DNA of 63,862 nucleotides, counting the filler, from Octopus bimaculoides (taxonomy: Eukaryota): NCBI RefSeq assembly GCF_001194135.2. It is 7 parts of 5 records of this genome, joined end to end, with 100 filler letters (N's around TTAATTAATTAA, not from the genome) between each part and the next. Parts side by side here need not be neighbours in the genome. Positions count along the whole stretch, not along the records: positions 61,663 to 63,862 come from NC_068988.1; 6 more parts are not named here. The stretch is one strand, 5' to 3'. A model generated the notes under the pieces. The model was not told where the DNA came from, searched no databases, and saw only the letters and a list, made by a program, of their open reading frames with translations. Both the position numbers and the translations under genes were made by a program. Of this stretch, positions 61,828 to 63,862 are shown piece by piece. Every line of letters begins with the position of its first letter. Within the stretch, counting starts at the first letter, position 1.

Positions 61828-62420
61828 CAAGGGTTGTGATGAAAGTAATGAAAAACCCGGGCTTAACTTTTTTATTAACTGACAAACGTCGTTCACAGTG
61901 AACAGGTCGGCGCCGTAACTTTTTCTCCAACACTGACCCCCCCCCCTCTTTCTGTTCTTGATTGCAGGCAAATAACGGATGTGAAGCTGAATGTCACGTT
62001 TCTTTATTAAGCTCATGGTGACGGAGGGGGCGTCGACTGTCCTGTATCCACCGAACGCCACAGGTTGTTTTCGGAAATGACGCCAATGACAAAAGAAATA
62101 ATTACGGATAGATGAAACTTAAAGGAGAAACCAGCATTGAAGACAAACCAGACAGTAGGAGGCCATCAACTGGGACTTCTGACAGAACCGCCAGCGATTG
62201 GACGAATTGTTTTGCACAGGCAGAAGAATGACGATCAATCATTTCACTGTACAAATGGACTGTGGTTACACTGCATTACCAAAGATGATGAAAGTCTTTT
62301 GGTATCACAAACTATGTGCAAAATGGCTGCCTCGGCTGTTGACATTTGATTTGTAAGGAAAAAGCGTAAATGTTTGTTCTGACCTCGAAGCGTTCGCAGC
62401 CAATGAAGGCAAGCTTTTGC
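61828..62420 (+). mobile_element. Mariner 5' fragment (TIR plus HTH region)
   Basis: TA|caagggttgtgatgaaagtaatg TIR-like start. Frame-broken FIKLMVTEG, IHR..VVFGND, SIEDKP..RRPST and LCAKWLPRLLT. Confidence 0.8.
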
Positions 62421-62576
62421 TGATCTGATTACAGTCCAAATACTTATTGATCAAACCTCGCATAACCTACAAAATCCGGTAAACCGTCCTCATGAGTTTA
62501 AATGACCCGGCAAGAAGCAAGGAGCTTTATCCTTTCTTGTACCTATTGGTGTACCTGGGGATATTGTAAAAAAATA

Positions 62577-62668
62577 AAACTTGCCCAATGTACCGTGCAG
62601 TGAGATTGAACTCGAAACAATTTAGTTGCAAAGCGAGCTTCTCAACTGCACAGTCATACCCATATGAC
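62577..62668 (-). mobile_element. SINE family A head fragment
   Basis: cttgcccaatgtaccgtgcagtgagattgaactcga...gcgagcttctcaac. Confidence 0.65.
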
Positions 62669-63424
62669 AGTATTGAACCGACATGGTCACAGCAAGTACA
62701 CCTCTGATTATATGTCTGCTTAACCCAGGGTTACCTGAAGCTAAACAATTCATCTACATATTGTTATATTTCAATTCTCTGTTGCTGTATTTTATTAAAA
62801 ACTAATAACTTCTCTTGGTACTATCATATTTTAACCGACATATCTTCTTTAATAGAATATGTTTTCTTTACTTACAAAAATAGTCAAAATATCTCCTGAA
62901 ATGCGTAATTATGTATTAGAGGGTCTTCATTTCGTGAAGCATGATTAGAAGAAGTAGATCTTGTTACAAGCTCACCTCTCATAGATCTGCTCAGTCAGAG
63001 TTATCCAAAGAAATAACAACACCATTACTGTAATTCGCACTTCATTAGTCCAACTAACATTGAAACATCCAACGGTAGTCATAAACAGGTTTAAAAACAA
63101 AAACAACATCGAATGAATTTAAAGCTGCGGGCAAAAACTCTCAAATGAGGTTTCTTTGCGCGCGCAAACTGAGAACTAGAAAAAGAAAGAAAATAAAGAA
63201 CAAAACAAGGTGTTATTAAACTCTGTCATTTTTGGTATTAAATCAACCATTCCAGTCTGGTAATTTACCATCTTTATAAAAGAATATAACAAATGAATCT
63301 TCAGTAAACATTTATTGCGATTCCCCTGCCAACCTTTCTTTGTCATATTCCTTCGTCTTATTCTTTGTTATTTTGCCAAAAGTATTTGGTTATTCTTTTA
63401 ACGTCGTTATTTTCCTGATTGTGT

Positions 63425-63593
63425 TATCATCGTCATCATCGTCAGCGACGTCGTCGTCGTCGTCATCATCATCATCGTCATCATCATCGTCATCATCATC
63501 GTCATCATCATTATCCTCCTCCTCCTCCTCCTCCTCATCATCATCATCATCNNNNNNNNNNCATCATCATTATCCTCCTCCTCCTCCTCCTCC

Positions 63594-63653
<60 letters not shown>

Positions 63654-63665
63654 CCATCATTACCT
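63425..63665. repeat. (CAT)n/(CGT)n/(CCT)n compound microsatellite
   Basis: Direct observation. Confidence 0.95.
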
Positions 63666-63805
63666 CAAGATTAATGACGATGTTTGAGAGATGCTGTCTG
63701 TATTAATATTCAGTTAGAGATATGAAATCACATAAGGTAACAATTTAAGTTAGTTAACTCAATTACAGATGCTATTTGTCTTTGACAAAATTAACAGCTT
63801 TACCG

Positions 63806-63862
<57 letters not shown>

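Noticed and set aside
1-63862. CRISPR arrays, true tRNA or rRNA genes
   Set aside because: There is no repeat-spacer array. All A/B-box matches continue into SINE bodies and lack a cloverleaf 3' half.

Overview
AT-rich eukaryotic window dense in microsatellites and decayed transposons. The SINE families and repeat landscape suggest an octopus-like cephalopod (inference). No intact host protein-coding gene is supported, and most long ORFs in the track are microsatellite or N-gap artefacts. Recognisable elements: Penelope-like elements, a near full-length CR1/L2-group LINE, an RTE LINE, R4/Dong-type LINE fragments, a deleted Gypsy LTR element, a Helitron, mariner, Tigger and piggyBac remnants, three tRNA-derived SINE families and several fold-back MITEs. 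Best leads: (1) an 8-bp-TSD MITE carrying head-to-head telomeric repeats (48569-49048); (2) a LINE ORF1 with a Myb/SANT-like N-terminus plus a CCCH finger; (3) a recent template-switch-like rearrangement at 33.4-40.2 kb; (4) a 23-aa STPR-type array in the Helitron; (5) a PHD finger inserted in the RTE RT; (6) three decayed hammerhead-ribozyme-like cores. All alignments and translations were done by eye.
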